Source of the DNA: Alistipes sp.
GTDB lineage: Bacteria; Bacteroidota; Bacteroidia; Bacteroidales; Rikenellaceae
Length of the DNA: 64,000 nucleotides
Direction: 5' to 3'
NCBI GenBank assembly: GCA_017555695.1
Contig: JAFZFX010000005.1
Location: 2,855-66,854 of the forward strand
In this document: one piece after another, positions 18,912 through 28,560 of the stretch
Position numbering within the stretch: position 1 is the stretch's first letter
Layout of the letters: the number at the start of each line of letters is the position of its first letter
Translations under genes and position numbers: made by a program
Notes under the pieces: generated by a model
What the model saw: the letters and a program-made list of their open reading frames with translations, nothing else
Databases searched by the model: none
What the model was told of the DNA's origin: nothing

Positions 18912-20549
18912 ATGAGACATTACTTGAGTATCTTCAAGGATACGGTACGAAGAAAGTGGGATATGCCCGCGTTGAGTGATTACAACGGAGCTACCTACTC
19001 TTTCGCAGAGATTGCAACTGACATCAAGCGCATCCACGCTATGTTTGAGGGTCTGGGTGTTCAGCCTGGTGATAAGGTGGCGTTGGCTTCTAAGAACTGC
19101 GTGCATTGGGCCGTTGTTTTCTTGGCAAGTGCTACTTATCGTGCAGTTGTTGTTCCTATCCTTAACGATTTCTTGCCTGAGGATATCGCATCGCTTACAA
19201 ACCACTCAGAGAGTGTCGTTCTCTTCACCGAGCCTAAGATGTGGGATGCAATGCCCCTCGACAAGATGCCTGGCTTGAAGGCTGCGATCAGCACCGAGGA
19301 TTTCACTTCACTCTACTCAAAGGAGGAGGGTCTGCTCGACTCTATCATCGCCGAGAATGCAAAGAACATTCCTGCAATTTACTCTGCAGAGCAGAAGGAT
19401 AGCGTAACCGACTACCAGATTGGTGATTTGGATGATTTGGCGGTTATCAACTATACATCGGGTACAACAAGCTCACCCAAGGGTGTAATGCTGACTGCCC
19501 GTAACATCTCTTCTAATGTCGAGTTCGGTTTGAATCGTATTCCCGTTCAGGATGGTGATACTATAATGTCTATGTTGCCTATGGCGCATATGTACGGTAT
19601 GGCTTTCGAGTTCCTCTATCCGTTGAGTGGTGGTGCTCATGTCTACTTCTTGGGTAAGACTCCCACACCTACTATCTTGCTCAAGGCGTTGTCGGATATC
19701 AAGCCCTACCTCTTCATCACAGTGCCCCTCGTACTGGAGAAGATATTTAAGGGTAAGGTTATGCCCACATTGGCAACACCCGCTATGCGCATTATGACAT
19801 CTATCCCCGTTTTGAAGAATGTAATTTACGGCAAGGTGCGTAGCAAGTTGCTCAATACCTTTGGCGGTAATATCCGTTCAATCGTTATCGGTGGTGCTGC
19901 TATCAGCCGTCCCGTTGAGAATGTTATGCGTAAGGTAGGTCTGCCTTACACTGTAGGTTACGGTATGACAGAGTGCGCTCCGCTTATCGGTTACGAGCCT
20001 TGGGATAGTTTCCGTCTTGGCTCTGCTGGTCGAGCTGTTGATAATGTAGATGTTCGTATCGACTCTAACGACCCTGCAAAGGTTGTAGGCGAGATTCAGG
20101 TTAAGGGAGACAATGTCATGATGGGTTACTACAAGAATCCCGAGGCTACTGCCGCTGTATTTACCGAGGATGGTTACTTGCGTACTGGTGACTTGGGTAT
20201 CATCGACAAGCAGGGTAACATCTTTATCCGTGGCCGTAGCAAGTGTATGATTCTCACAGCCAATGGTCAGAATGTATATCCCGAGGAGATTGAGAGCAAG
20301 CTCAACTCACTGCCCCATGTAGCAGAGTCGCTCATCGTTGAGCGCGACAAGCGAATGGTTGCTATCGTAGCTTTGGCCGAGAGCGCCGAGGGTATGAGCC
20401 AGGAGGAGATTGATGCTGCTCTGGAGCAGAACCTCAAGGATTTGAACACAATGATTCCCGCATATAGTCGAGTATCTTCTATCGAGGTTATCAAGGAGGG
20501 CTTCGAGCATACTCCCAAGCGTTCAATCAAGAGATTCCTCTATAAATAA
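18912..20549 (+). CDS. fadD: Long-chain-fatty-acid--CoA ligase
   Basis: AMP-binding motifs YTSGTTSSPKG, GYGMTE, LRTGDLG, GQNVYPEEIE. Confidence 0.9.
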   Translation: MRHYLSIFKDTVRRKWDMPALSDYNGATYSFAEIATDIKRIHAMFEGLGVQPGDKVALASKNCVHWAVVFLASATYRAVVVPILNDFLPEDIASLTNHSESVVLFTEPKMWDAMPLDKMPGLKAAISTEDFTSLYSKEEGLLDSIIAENAKNIPAIYSAEQKDSVTDYQIGDLDDLAVINYTSGTTSSPKGVMLTARNISSNVEFGLNRIPVQDGDTIMSMLPMAHMYGMAFEFLYPLSGGAHVYFLGKTPTPTILLKALSDIKPYLFITVPLVLEKIFKGKVMPTLATPAMRIMTSIPVLKNVIYGKVRSKLLNTFGGNIRSIVIGGAAISRPVENVMRKVGLPYTVGYGMTECAPLIGYEPWDSFRLGSAGRAVDNVDVRIDSNDPAKVVGEIQVKGDNVMMGYYKNPEATAAVFTEDGYLRTGDLGIIDKQGNIFIRGRSKCMILTANGQNVYPEEIESKLNSLPHVAESLIVERDKRMVAIVALAESAEGMSQEEIDAALEQNLKDLNTMIPAYSRVSSIEVIKEGFEHTPKRSIKRFLYK

Positions 20550-20632
20550 TTGGATAACCGAAAGGTTTACAATTCTATTATGTTTGGTGATTTGGAATGT
20601 ATTTTGCACGATACATTCCAAATTTTTTTGTT

Positions 20633-21136
20633 ATGGAGGAGATTGTAAACAAGTATCAGGTCAGCATCGACCTGCTTAATGACGCTGTTCGCCGCGAGAT
20701 AGCGACAGCAATGCAGTACATCTATTTTCATATCCGCTTGGAGGATGCGGGTTATGAGTATGTGGCGCGCTATATGCACAAAGTGGCGATTGACGAGATG
20801 CGCCACTCGGAACATCTGGCCGAGCGCATACTCTTTCTTGGTGGTGATGTCGATTTGAACCCTGTCGAGCCTACGCGCCAGTTGCACGAGGTGGAGGCTA
20901 TGTTCGATTTTGCCAAGAGGCTCGAAACATCCACTATCGATAACTACAACGCCTGGGCCAAGCGTTGCGCCGAGGCTGGCGACACCGTAACGCAGCGACT
21001 TTTTCAGGAGTTGGCGGCCGAAGAGGAGGAGCATCAGGATAACTTCGACAAGGAGTTGCAGAATATGATGAACTACGGCACGCTCTACTTGACGATGCAG
21101 TCTATGGGTCACAGCAAGAGCCTTGCGAAAAAGTAG
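20633..21136 (+). CDS. bfr: Bacterioferritin
   Basis: E..A..QY, IDEMRH (heme-ligand Met), ERILFLGG, EEEH; start placed at 20633. Confidence 0.88.
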   Translation: MEEIVNKYQVSIDLLNDAVRREIATAMQYIYFHIRLEDAGYEYVARYMHKVAIDEMRHSEHLAERILFLGGDVDLNPVEPTRQLHEVEAMFDFAKRLETSTIDNYNAWAKRCAEAGDTVTQRLFQELAAEEEEHQDNFDKELQNMMNYGTLYLTMQSMGHSKSLAKK

Positions 21137-21239
21137 GGTTGTGCGGCAATAGATGCCACGCACCAGCGAGCGCCAATAGGCGGTTATGACGAAATTAAGT
21201 TTTGTGAGTTTTTGTATTGATATACTCCACAATAGTTTG

Positions 21240-21247
21240 TATCTTTG
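21240..21247 (+). promoter_or_regulatory. -7 element
   Basis: TATCTTTG ~30 nt before the ATG at 21277. Confidence 0.55.
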
Positions 21248-21276
21248 CGAAAATTTTACAGAACTTAATTTCTTTT

Positions 21277-22563
21277 ATGTTATCATCATCAGAAAGAGCC
21301 TCGATTATCGCTCTCATCAAGCGTGAAGTGGTGCCTGCGATAGGGTGTACAGAGCCCGTTGCCGTGTCGTTGTGTGTGGCGCGTGCAACCGAGTTGTTGG
21401 GTGTGAAGCCCGAGTCTATATCAGTGCGTTTGAGCGCTAATGTGCTGAAGAATGCAATGGGTGTAGGAATCCCTGGTACAGGTATGATAGGTTTGCCTAT
21501 CGCCGTTGCGTTAGGTGCCATCGTGGGTCGCTCGGAGTATGGTCTTGAGGTGTTGAAGGATGCCGACAGCAAGGCCGTTGAGAGTGGTCGTGAGTATATT
21601 GATCAGAAGCGCATCTCGATTAATCTGAAGGAGGGTATCACCGAGAAATTATATATCGAAGTAGAGGTTAAGGCTGGCCAGAGTAGCGCAGAGTGCGTGA
21701 TTGCTGGCGGTCATACCACCTTTGTCTATCTGCGTAAGGATGACGAGGTGTTGCTCGATGAGCGTAAGTGTGATGCACAGCAAAGCGTCGAAGAGGATGT
21801 GGAGTTGTCATTGAGCAAGGTGTTTGACTTTGCAACCACTTCGCCTATCGAGGAGTTGAACTTTATCCTGCAGGCACGCCAATTAAATAAGAACGCCGCC
21901 GAGAGCGCATTTCAGGGTGATTTCGGTCACTCATTGGGCAAAACCCTGCGTGGTGAGCGCGAGATAAGCATTATGGGCGATAGCATCTTCTCTCGCATCT
22001 TGTCATATACATCGGCAGCGTGCGATGCTCGTATGGGTGGTGCTATGGTTCCTGTAATGAGTAACTCGGGTAGTGGTAATCAGGGTATTGCAGCTACATT
22101 GCCCGTTGTGGTCTATGGCGAGGAGTGTGGTGCTAACGAGGAGCAGATGACTCGTGCTTTGATTTTGAGCCACCTTACCGTTATCTACATCAAGCAGAGC
22201 CTTGGCCGTTTGTCGGCCTTGTGTGGTTGTGTGGTTGCGGCATCGGGCTCGAGCTGTGGTATTACCTATCTGATGGGTGGCGGCTACGAGGAGGTTGCTA
22301 TGGCTGTAAAGAATATGATTGCCAATCTGACGGGTATGATCTGTGACGGTGCAAAGCCGAGTTGTGCATTAAAGTTGACGAGCGGCGTCTCAACGGCTGT
22401 GTTGTCGGCAATGATGGCTATGGAGCATAGATGCGTGTCGAAGTTGGAGGGTATTATCGACGAGGATGTTGATGCCTCGATTCGCAACCTGACCTCAATC
22501 GGTCGTGATGGTATGGACGAGACCGACAGACTCATCCTTAACATTATGACAAGCAAGTGCTAA
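21277..22563 (+). CDS. L-cysteine desulfidase family protein (CdsB/YhaM, UPF0597)
   Basis: PAIGCTEP, MSNSGSGNQG, LSALCGC, GMICDGAKPSCALK. Confidence 0.9.
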   Translation: MLSSSERASIIALIKREVVPAIGCTEPVAVSLCVARATELLGVKPESISVRLSANVLKNAMGVGIPGTGMIGLPIAVALGAIVGRSEYGLEVLKDADSKAVESGREYIDQKRISINLKEGITEKLYIEVEVKAGQSSAECVIAGGHTTFVYLRKDDEVLLDERKCDAQQSVEEDVELSLSKVFDFATTSPIEELNFILQARQLNKNAAESAFQGDFGHSLGKTLRGEREISIMGDSIFSRILSYTSAACDARMGGAMVPVMSNSGSGNQGIAATLPVVVYGEECGANEEQMTRALILSHLTVIYIKQSLGRLSALCGCVVAASGSSCGITYLMGGGYEEVAMAVKNMIANLTGMICDGAKPSCALKLTSGVSTAVLSAMMAMEHRCVSKLEGIIDEDVDASIRNLTSIGRDGMDETDRLILNIMTSKC

Positions 22564-22653
22564 TGTCTTAAGGACGGAATCCGATAGGCCTAAGGGGTAA
22601 GATATGTTCCCAAAGTAAATGAAAAAATACCAAATTAAATAAATTTAATACCG

Positions 22654-24318
22654 ATGAAAAAGAATTTTCTACTAATCGTATTGCTGGCTGTTGTATTTGG
22701 CGTTATGCCTGCTATGGCCCAGCGTGCAGACTACCGCATCATCCCCACTCCCAAGAGTGTTGAGGTTGATACTTTGCAGTACTTCACTCTCGCTGAGGGT
22801 ATGGGTATTGCTTACGATGCCGACAACGAGGAGGTTGCTCGCAATGCACAGTTCCTCAGCGAGTGGGTTGAGCAGGCTACAGGCATCAAGTTGGCGCTCA
22901 CTCCCAATGACAAGAAGGCTGTTATTCGTATGAGCCTCGGTTTTGCTGCTGATAAGAAGCTTGCCAAGGATGCAACTCTTACAGAGCAGCAGCAGGAGGC
23001 TTACACAATCAATGTAGACAAGAATGGTGTGCTGATTGAGGCTCGCAACCCCGTAGGTTTGTTCCGCGCAGCACAGACTTTGAGAAAGTCTATGCCCATC
23101 TTGAAGAAGGGCGAGGGTAAGGTTGATATGCCTTATGTTAAGATTCAGGATGAGCCCCGTTTCGTATATCGTGGTACATTGCTCGATTGCGGTCGTCACT
23201 TCTTTACTGTAGATGTAATCAAGCAGATGCTCGATGTTATGGCTTTGCACGGCTGCAACCAGTTCCACTGGCACTTGACAGAGGATCAGGGTTGGCGTTT
23301 CGAGGTTAAGTCTATGCCTAACCTTGCGCTTCACGGTAGCGTGCGTCAGGAGACAGTTGTAGGTCCTAATGTAGGTATCTATGATGGTCAGCCCTATGGC
23401 GGTTACTATACACAGGAGGAGTGCCGCGATGTTGTTCGCTATGCAGCAGAGCGTTACATCAATGTTGTTCCCGAGATTGACCTCCCCGGTCATATGCAGA
23501 GTGCTTTGCATGTATTCCCCCACCTGGGTTGTACAGGCGGTCCTTACCCCGTAAGAACTTATTGGGGTGTTAGCCGTGAGGTGCTTTGTGGTGGTAACCC
23601 CGAGACTATGACATTCTTGAAGACCGTTTTGGGTGAGTTGTGCGATGTATTCCCCTCAAAGATTATCCACATCGGTGGTGACGAGTGTCCCAAGAACCGC
23701 TGGAAGGAGTGCCCCAAGTGCCAGGCCAAGATTAAGGAGTTGGGTCTGGTTGATGATGGCAAGCACAGCCCCGAGAACCAGTTGCAGTCATATATTAATA
23801 AGGAGGTAGAGGCATTCCTCGCCGAGCGCGGTCGCGACATCATCGGTTGGGACGAGATTTTGGAGGGTGGCCTCTCTGGTAAGTCTATCATCATGTCTTG
23901 GCGTGGTACCAAGGGTGGCGTAGAGGCTGCAAAGCAGGGTCACCGTGTGATTATGAGCCCCAATGTATATGGCTACATTGACCACCCCCAGTTGAAGGAT
24001 GTGGCAAAGCAGCCCCGTACAACAGGCGGTTATATCGTATCAGCCAGCAAGATGTACTCATTCGAGCCTTTGATGAAGGAGGAGTTGAACGAGGAGCAGC
24101 AGGATTACATCCTCGGTGTTCAGGCCAACCTCTGGACTGAGCATGTTGCATACCCCGAGCATTTGTTCTATCAGCTTCTGCCCCGTTTGGGTGCAATGAG
24201 TGAGGTGCAGTGGTGTTTGCCCGAGCAGAAGGATTTTGAGGACTTCAAGAATCGTCTGCCCCGCCTCAAGAAGCTCTACGACTTGTTGGGTGTTAAGTAT
24301 TGCACAGGCATCGAGTAA
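22654..24318 (+). CDS. Beta-N-acetylhexosaminidase, GH20
   Basis: RG.LLDCGRHF, HWHLTEDQGWR, HIGGDE catalytic motif, GVQANLWTE; signal peptide. Confidence 0.95.
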   Translation: MKKNFLLIVLLAVVFGVMPAMAQRADYRIIPTPKSVEVDTLQYFTLAEGMGIAYDADNEEVARNAQFLSEWVEQATGIKLALTPNDKKAVIRMSLGFAADKKLAKDATLTEQQQEAYTINVDKNGVLIEARNPVGLFRAAQTLRKSMPILKKGEGKVDMPYVKIQDEPRFVYRGTLLDCGRHFFTVDVIKQMLDVMALHGCNQFHWHLTEDQGWRFEVKSMPNLALHGSVRQETVVGPNVGIYDGQPYGGYYTQEECRDVVRYAAERYINVVPEIDLPGHMQSALHVFPHLGCTGGPYPVRTYWGVSREVLCGGNPETMTFLKTVLGELCDVFPSKIIHIGGDECPKNRWKECPKCQAKIKELGLVDDGKHSPENQLQSYINKEVEAFLAERGRDIIGWDEILEGGLSGKSIIMSWRGTKGGVEAAKQGHRVIMSPNVYGYIDHPQLKDVAKQPRTTGGYIVSASKMYSFEPLMKEELNEEQQDYILGVQANLWTEHVAYPEHLFYQLLPRLGAMSEVQWCLPEQKDFEDFKNRLPRLKKLYDLLGVKYCTGIE

Positions 24319-24342
24319 CGAGCCAAAAGGTAAATAGAAAAG

Positions 24343-24379
24343 AAATAGCCTTCGAGAGTTAATCTCCGAAGGCTATTTT
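24343..24379. terminator. Terminator hairpin between convergent GH20 and waaA, overlapping the waaA stop
   Basis: AAATAGCCTTCG/CGAAGGCTATTT. Confidence 0.65.
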
Positions 24380-25588
24380 CATTATCAGTTCCGTAGCACC
24401 TTGATTCTTTGCGGTGTAGTCGCCAGCTGCGGCGCTGACCTTTTGTAGTAGGTCGTTGTCGTCGCGCAGGGGGTTGAACCATTGCTCCAAATCGTCGGCG
24501 TTCTCAATCTTGGTGGCGGCACCCAGAGCGACCAAATCGCGTGCCTCCTTGAACTTGCTATAGTTCGGGCCAAAGGCTATTGGCAGCGCAAATGTAGCGG
24601 CCTCGAGCGTGTTGTGTATGCCGACACCGAAACCTCCGCCTATGTACGACCACGAAGCGTAGCCATAGACCGAAGAGAGGATGCCTATTGTGTCGAGAAT
24701 GAGCACCTGCACGCGGCTGAAGTCGGTCGAGTCATTGCATTGTGTATAACGGATTGCACCACCCTTGGTAGCCTCTATAATCTTGTTGATTCGACCCTCG
24801 TTCATCTCGTGGGGAGCAATGACGAATTTCGTCTGCGGGTTGCGGTTGATTAGCTCCTGCAGGATATCTTCATCGGGACCCCAGGTTGAACCTGCAACGA
24901 AGAGTCGGCTCTCGCCCTTGAATCGTTCAACAATATCGACCCTCTTTGCGGCCTTGGCTATTGCGGCTACTCTGTCGAAACGGGTATCACCCGCAATGAC
25001 TACATTGTCGAAGCCTAATTCGTGCAGCAACTCTTTCGATTCGCTGTTCTGTACGAAGAGGTATTCGTAAGAGTCGAGCGCCTGACGCCAAGCGTTGCCA
25101 TACCACTTGAAGAATATCGAGTTGGGACGGAAGATAGCCGAAACAACGAAGGTGCGAATCTTGCGCGCCTTGAGTTCATAGAGATAGTTGAGCCAGAACT
25201 CATACTTCACGAAGATAGCTATCTCGGGGTGAGCTATATCAAGAAAACGCTTTACATTGGCTGTGGTGTCGGTAGGCAGATAGTAGATGTAATCTGCTCC
25301 GTCATAATTCTTACGAATCTCATAGCCCGAAGGCGAGAAGAATGTGAGCAGAATCTTATACTCAGGTCGCTGCTTGCGTATTTGTTCGATGATGGGGCGA
25401 CCCTGCTCGAATTCGCCGAGCGATGCCACATGTATCCATACGACTTTGTCCGTAGGGGCAATGTCGCGGGCCATTTTGTCGAAGATGCCTTTGCGACCAT
25501 CGTGCCACTGCTTTGCCTTCTTGTTCCACAACGCAACGAGTGAGACAATTCTGGCATAAGCGGCTATACTTATATTATATAAAAGCAT
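24359..25588 (-). CDS. waaA: 3-deoxy-D-manno-octulosonic acid (Kdo) transferase
   Basis: WIHVASLGEFEQG, LTFFSPSG, GDTRFDRV, HNTLEAA...FGPNY. Confidence 0.93.
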   Translation of the reverse strand: MLLYNISIAAYARIVSLVALWNKKAKQWHDGRKGIFDKMARDIAPTDKVVWIHVASLGEFEQGRPIIEQIRKQRPEYKILLTFFSPSGYEIRKNYDGADYIYYLPTDTTANVKRFLDIAHPEIAIFVKYEFWLNYLYELKARKIRTFVVSAIFRPNSIFFKWYGNAWRQALDSYEYLFVQNSESKELLHELGFDNVVIAGDTRFDRVAAIAKAAKRVDIVERFKGESRLFVAGSTWGPDEDILQELINRNPQTKFVIAPHEMNEGRINKIIEATKGGAIRYTQCNDSTDFSRVQVLILDTIGILSSVYGYASWSYIGGGFGVGIHNTLEAATFALPIAFGPNYSKFKEARDLVALGAATKIENADDLEQWFNPLRDDNDLLQKVSAAAGDYTAKNQGATELIMKIAFGD

Positions 25589-25610
25589 AATGACTCTCTA
25601 ATTAGATATA

Positions 25611-25618
25611 CAAAGGTA
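25611..25618 (-). promoter_or_regulatory. -7 element for waaA
   Basis: TACCTTTG on the minus strand. Confidence 0.55.
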
Positions 25619-25642
25619 GCTTTTTTTATCTATTAGTCCAAA

Positions 25643-26008
25643 TCACCATCCAAATTCTATGACATTCTCGATAAAGCGCACATCGGAACTGTTATCTGGG
25701 AATATATCTACGGCAATCAAGTCGAATGCCACATCGCCTTGCGTGCGAGTCTGTGCCAGATAGGCTGCGGCGGCTCGGCGCAACGAGGTAGCTTTGTTTG
25801 AATTGATACTCATCTCGGGCGACACCAATGCTCCTGCACGGCGTGTCCTTACCTCTACGATGTGTGTGATGCCATACTTTGTGGCTACTATATCTATCTC
25901 GTATCGACCGTTACGCCAGTTGCGGTGGCATATCATATAGCCATTGTCGCGCAGATATGCTGTGGCCAACTCTTCGCCACGAAGACCTATTGCCGCCTTA
26001 TTGTTCAT
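25643..26008 (-). CDS. yraN: YraN family (UPF0102) endonuclease-like protein
   Basis: G..GEELA..YL..GY.I..RNWR....EIDIVA..IVEVRTR. Confidence 0.9.
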   Translation of the reverse strand: MNNKAAIGLRGEELATAYLRDNGYMICHRNWRNGRYEIDIVATKYGITHIVEVRTRRAGALVSPEMSINSNKATSLRRAAAAYLAQTRTQGDVAFDLIAVDIFPDNSSDVRFIENVIEFGW

Positions 26009-26024
26009 AGTGGGGTAGTTTAAC

Positions 26025-26056
26025 GACTTCCCCCGCCTTTGGCCTGCGGGGGAGTC
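26025..26056. other. GC-rich hairpin between pepE and yraN (weak terminator or processing stem)
   Basis: GACTTCCCCCGC/GCGGGGGAGTC; no good U-tail on the coding strand. Confidence 0.4.
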
Positions 26057-26077
26057 TTTATCGGTTATGTGATGATA

Positions 26078-26779
26078 TTACAGCAGGAAACTCAAGTCGT
26101 CGCCAGCCTTAACCTCGTAAGGCTCGATTCCATTCTTAAAAATACGCATCGGACGAGAGCCTATGAGTTCGAGTTTGCCATCCGAAAGATGCAACATGCA
26201 ACCCTCGCGCAGACCTACAACCCAACGGCGTGGATTGGCCACGATATACTCCTGTATGCGCTGCTCGCGAGTCTCGCCAGCGTGACCCTCGGGGTTAGCG
26301 TCGAGGTAGTGGGGGTTAATCTGGAACTTTACCGCACCTATGGCCTTGAATGACTCGGGCTGTACGATGGGCATATCGTTTGTTGTGCAGATGGTGGGGC
26401 AGGTCACATTGCTACCGGCTGACCAACCAACATAGGGCGTACCCTCCTTGATTTTGCGGAGTATGGCCTTCATAAGACCCTGCTCCTGCATCTTTTTCGT
26501 AAGAGCGAATGTGTTACCGCCACCTACGCAGATGGCCTTCGCCTCGCGAATCATCTTGCGGGGATCCTTCGAACGGTGAATAGAGCGTACCTTGACGCCT
26601 ATCTCGTTGAAGCGGTTTTGCACCTTGGCCTCGTATTCAGCGTATGAGAAAGTTATGGCTGCATAAGGGATGAATACCACCTCGTCGATGTTTTTTAGGA
26701 AGGATGCAATCTGATTGATAGGATATTGCAAATATGCCTCACCAGCGTTGGTGGAATTTGATATGAGTAAAAGGTTCAT
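26078..26779 (-). CDS. pepE: Dipeptidase E (peptidase S51)
   Basis: VGGGNTF, GWSAG, TTNDMPI, INPHY, GHAGETREQR. Confidence 0.95.
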   Translation of the reverse strand: MNLLLISNSTNAGEAYLQYPINQIASFLKNIDEVVFIPYAAITFSYAEYEAKVQNRFNEIGVKVRSIHRSKDPRKMIREAKAICVGGGNTFALTKKMQEQGLMKAILRKIKEGTPYVGWSAGSNVTCPTICTTNDMPIVQPESFKAIGAVKFQINPHYLDANPEGHAGETREQRIQEYIVANPRRWVVGLREGCMLHLSDGKLELIGSRPMRIFKNGIEPYEVKAGDDLSFLL

Positions 26780-26850
26780 AAAAAGTTGGTTTATAAGTGT
26801 TTAATATAGTCTAAAATGAGCATAGGTGTAAAATATTTCCTCTCTGTTGC

Positions 26851-26879
26851 CAAAATTAATAAAAAAAGTGTTACTTTTG
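26851..26879. promoter_or_regulatory. Back-to-back -7 elements for pepE and acpP
   Basis: CAAAATTA (26851-58) - 13 bp - TACTTTTG (26872-79). Confidence 0.55.
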
Positions 26880-26944
26880 CGCAGAAATACATTGAAAGTT
26901 AAACCAATCAATAATAAAATTGTTAAACTTAAAAAGTTAAAGTT

Positions 26945-27181
26945 ATGTCAGAGATTCAGGCAAAAGTTGTTGAGATTATCGTTGACAAGTTGGGCGTTAA
27001 GGAGTCAGAGGTTGTACCCGAAGCAAGCTTCACAGCACACTTGGGTGCAGATTCACTCGATTCAGTAGAGCTTATTATGGAGTTTGAGAAGGCATTTGAT
27101 ATCCAGATTCCTGATGAGGACGCTGAGAAGATTACTACTGTTGGCGCTGCCATCGAGTATGTAGAGGCTCACACAAAATAA
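26945..27181 (+). CDS. acpP: Acyl carrier protein
   Basis: LGADSLD phosphopantetheine site, ELIMEFEK.F. Confidence 0.97.
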   Translation: MSEIQAKVVEIIVDKLGVKESEVVPEASFTAHLGADSLDSVELIMEFEKAFDIQIPDEDAEKITTVGAAIEYVEAHTK

Positions 27182-27220
27182 TTAATCAGCTAATCATAAT
27201 TCGCCGAGGCGCATTAGGCT

Positions 27221-28471
27221 ATGTCGGGTCGCAGAGTCGTAGTCACTGGTATTGGTACTATCAACCCGTTGGGTAATAGCGTAGAGGAGTATTTTCAGAA
27301 TCTACAGCAGGGCGTAAGTGCCGCCGATACTATCACTCACTTTGATGCCTCGAAGTTCCGCACGCGCATCGCTTGCGAAATTAAAAATTATGATTGGACC
27401 CGCTATTTCGACCGTAAGGAGGTTCGTAAATATGACCTTTTTACACAATATGCGATGATTTCAGCCGATGAGGCTATGCGTGATGCACAACTTGTTGATG
27501 ACGCATCGGTCAATCGCGAAAGAATCGGAGTCGTATGGGGGTCTGGTACAGGTGGAACGACAACGTTCTACGAGGAGAGTAAGGACTTTGTCGAGGGGAA
27601 TTTTACCCCTCGATTCAGTCCTTTTTTCGTTCCTCGTTTGGTGGCTGATATAGCTGCTGGATTCATCTCTGTCAAGTATGGTCTGATGGGCCCGAACTAT
27701 TGTACGGTTTCGGCTTGTGCCTCGTCTAACCACGCTATGATAGATGCGCTTAATCTGATTCGCTGGGGTAAGGCCGATGTCATTGTGACGGGAGGTTCTG
27801 AAGCATCAATCAACGAGCCGGGAGTGGGTAGCTTCTGCAGTATGCAGGCCCTCTCGACACGCAACGATGACCCCAAGCACGCATCTCGTCCCTTCGATGC
27901 TAACCGCGACGGTTTTGTCATTGCCGAGGGTGGAGGCGCACTGGTGTTCGAGGAGTTGGAGCACGCCCAGAGGCGTGGAGCCAAGATTTATTGTGAAGTA
28001 GTAGGTGGAGGTATGTCTGCCGACGCGCATCATATGACCGCACCCCATCCCGAGGGTAAGGGCGCGATGATATCTATGCGAGAGGCGCTTAGCGATGCAG
28101 GAATGCATCCTTCTGATATAGATTATATCAATGTTCACGGCACATCCACCCCGTTGGGTGATTTGGCTGAGATAAAGGCTATACAGACCTTGTTCGAGCA
28201 GCACGCCTACAATCTCAATATCTCTTCGACAAAATCTATGACCGGCCACTTGTTGGGCGGTACTGCAGCCGTTGAGGCATTGGCCTGCATTATGGTCATT
28301 ACGCAGGGAGTTATACCCCCGACCATCAATGTCGAGAAGGTGGATGACGAGATTGACCCTCGTCTGAATCTCACTCTGGACAAGGCTGTGCAGCGCGATG
28401 TGCGCACGGCAATGAGTAATGCATTCGGTTTTGGAGGACATAACTCGACAATCATCTTTCGTAAGATGTAG
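27221..28471 (+). CDS. fabF: Beta-ketoacyl-ACP synthase II
   Basis: RRVVVTG, SACASS, HGTSTPLGD, KSMTGHLLG, NAFGFGGHN. Confidence 0.96.
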   Translation: MSGRRVVVTGIGTINPLGNSVEEYFQNLQQGVSAADTITHFDASKFRTRIACEIKNYDWTRYFDRKEVRKYDLFTQYAMISADEAMRDAQLVDDASVNRERIGVVWGSGTGGTTTFYEESKDFVEGNFTPRFSPFFVPRLVADIAAGFISVKYGLMGPNYCTVSACASSNHAMIDALNLIRWGKADVIVTGGSEASINEPGVGSFCSMQALSTRNDDPKHASRPFDANRDGFVIAEGGGALVFEELEHAQRRGAKIYCEVVGGGMSADAHHMTAPHPEGKGAMISMREALSDAGMHPSDIDYINVHGTSTPLGDLAEIKAIQTLFEQHAYNLNISSTKSMTGHLLGGTAAVEALACIMVITQGVIPPTINVEKVDDEIDPRLNLTLDKAVQRDVRTAMSNAFGFGGHNSTIIFRKM

Positions 28472-28560
28472 AGCCGAAGTTTGAGGCTTTGGCTGGAATA
28501 ATAGGTATTGAGGCTGTCGGACTATAGTGTGGCAGCCGTTGTTATTGTAGATATTAAGTT

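Noticed and set aside
26847-27068. 73-aa ORF overlapping acpP in another frame
   Set aside because: TTG start lies upstream of the acpP -7 element; product of AT-rich intergenic sequence
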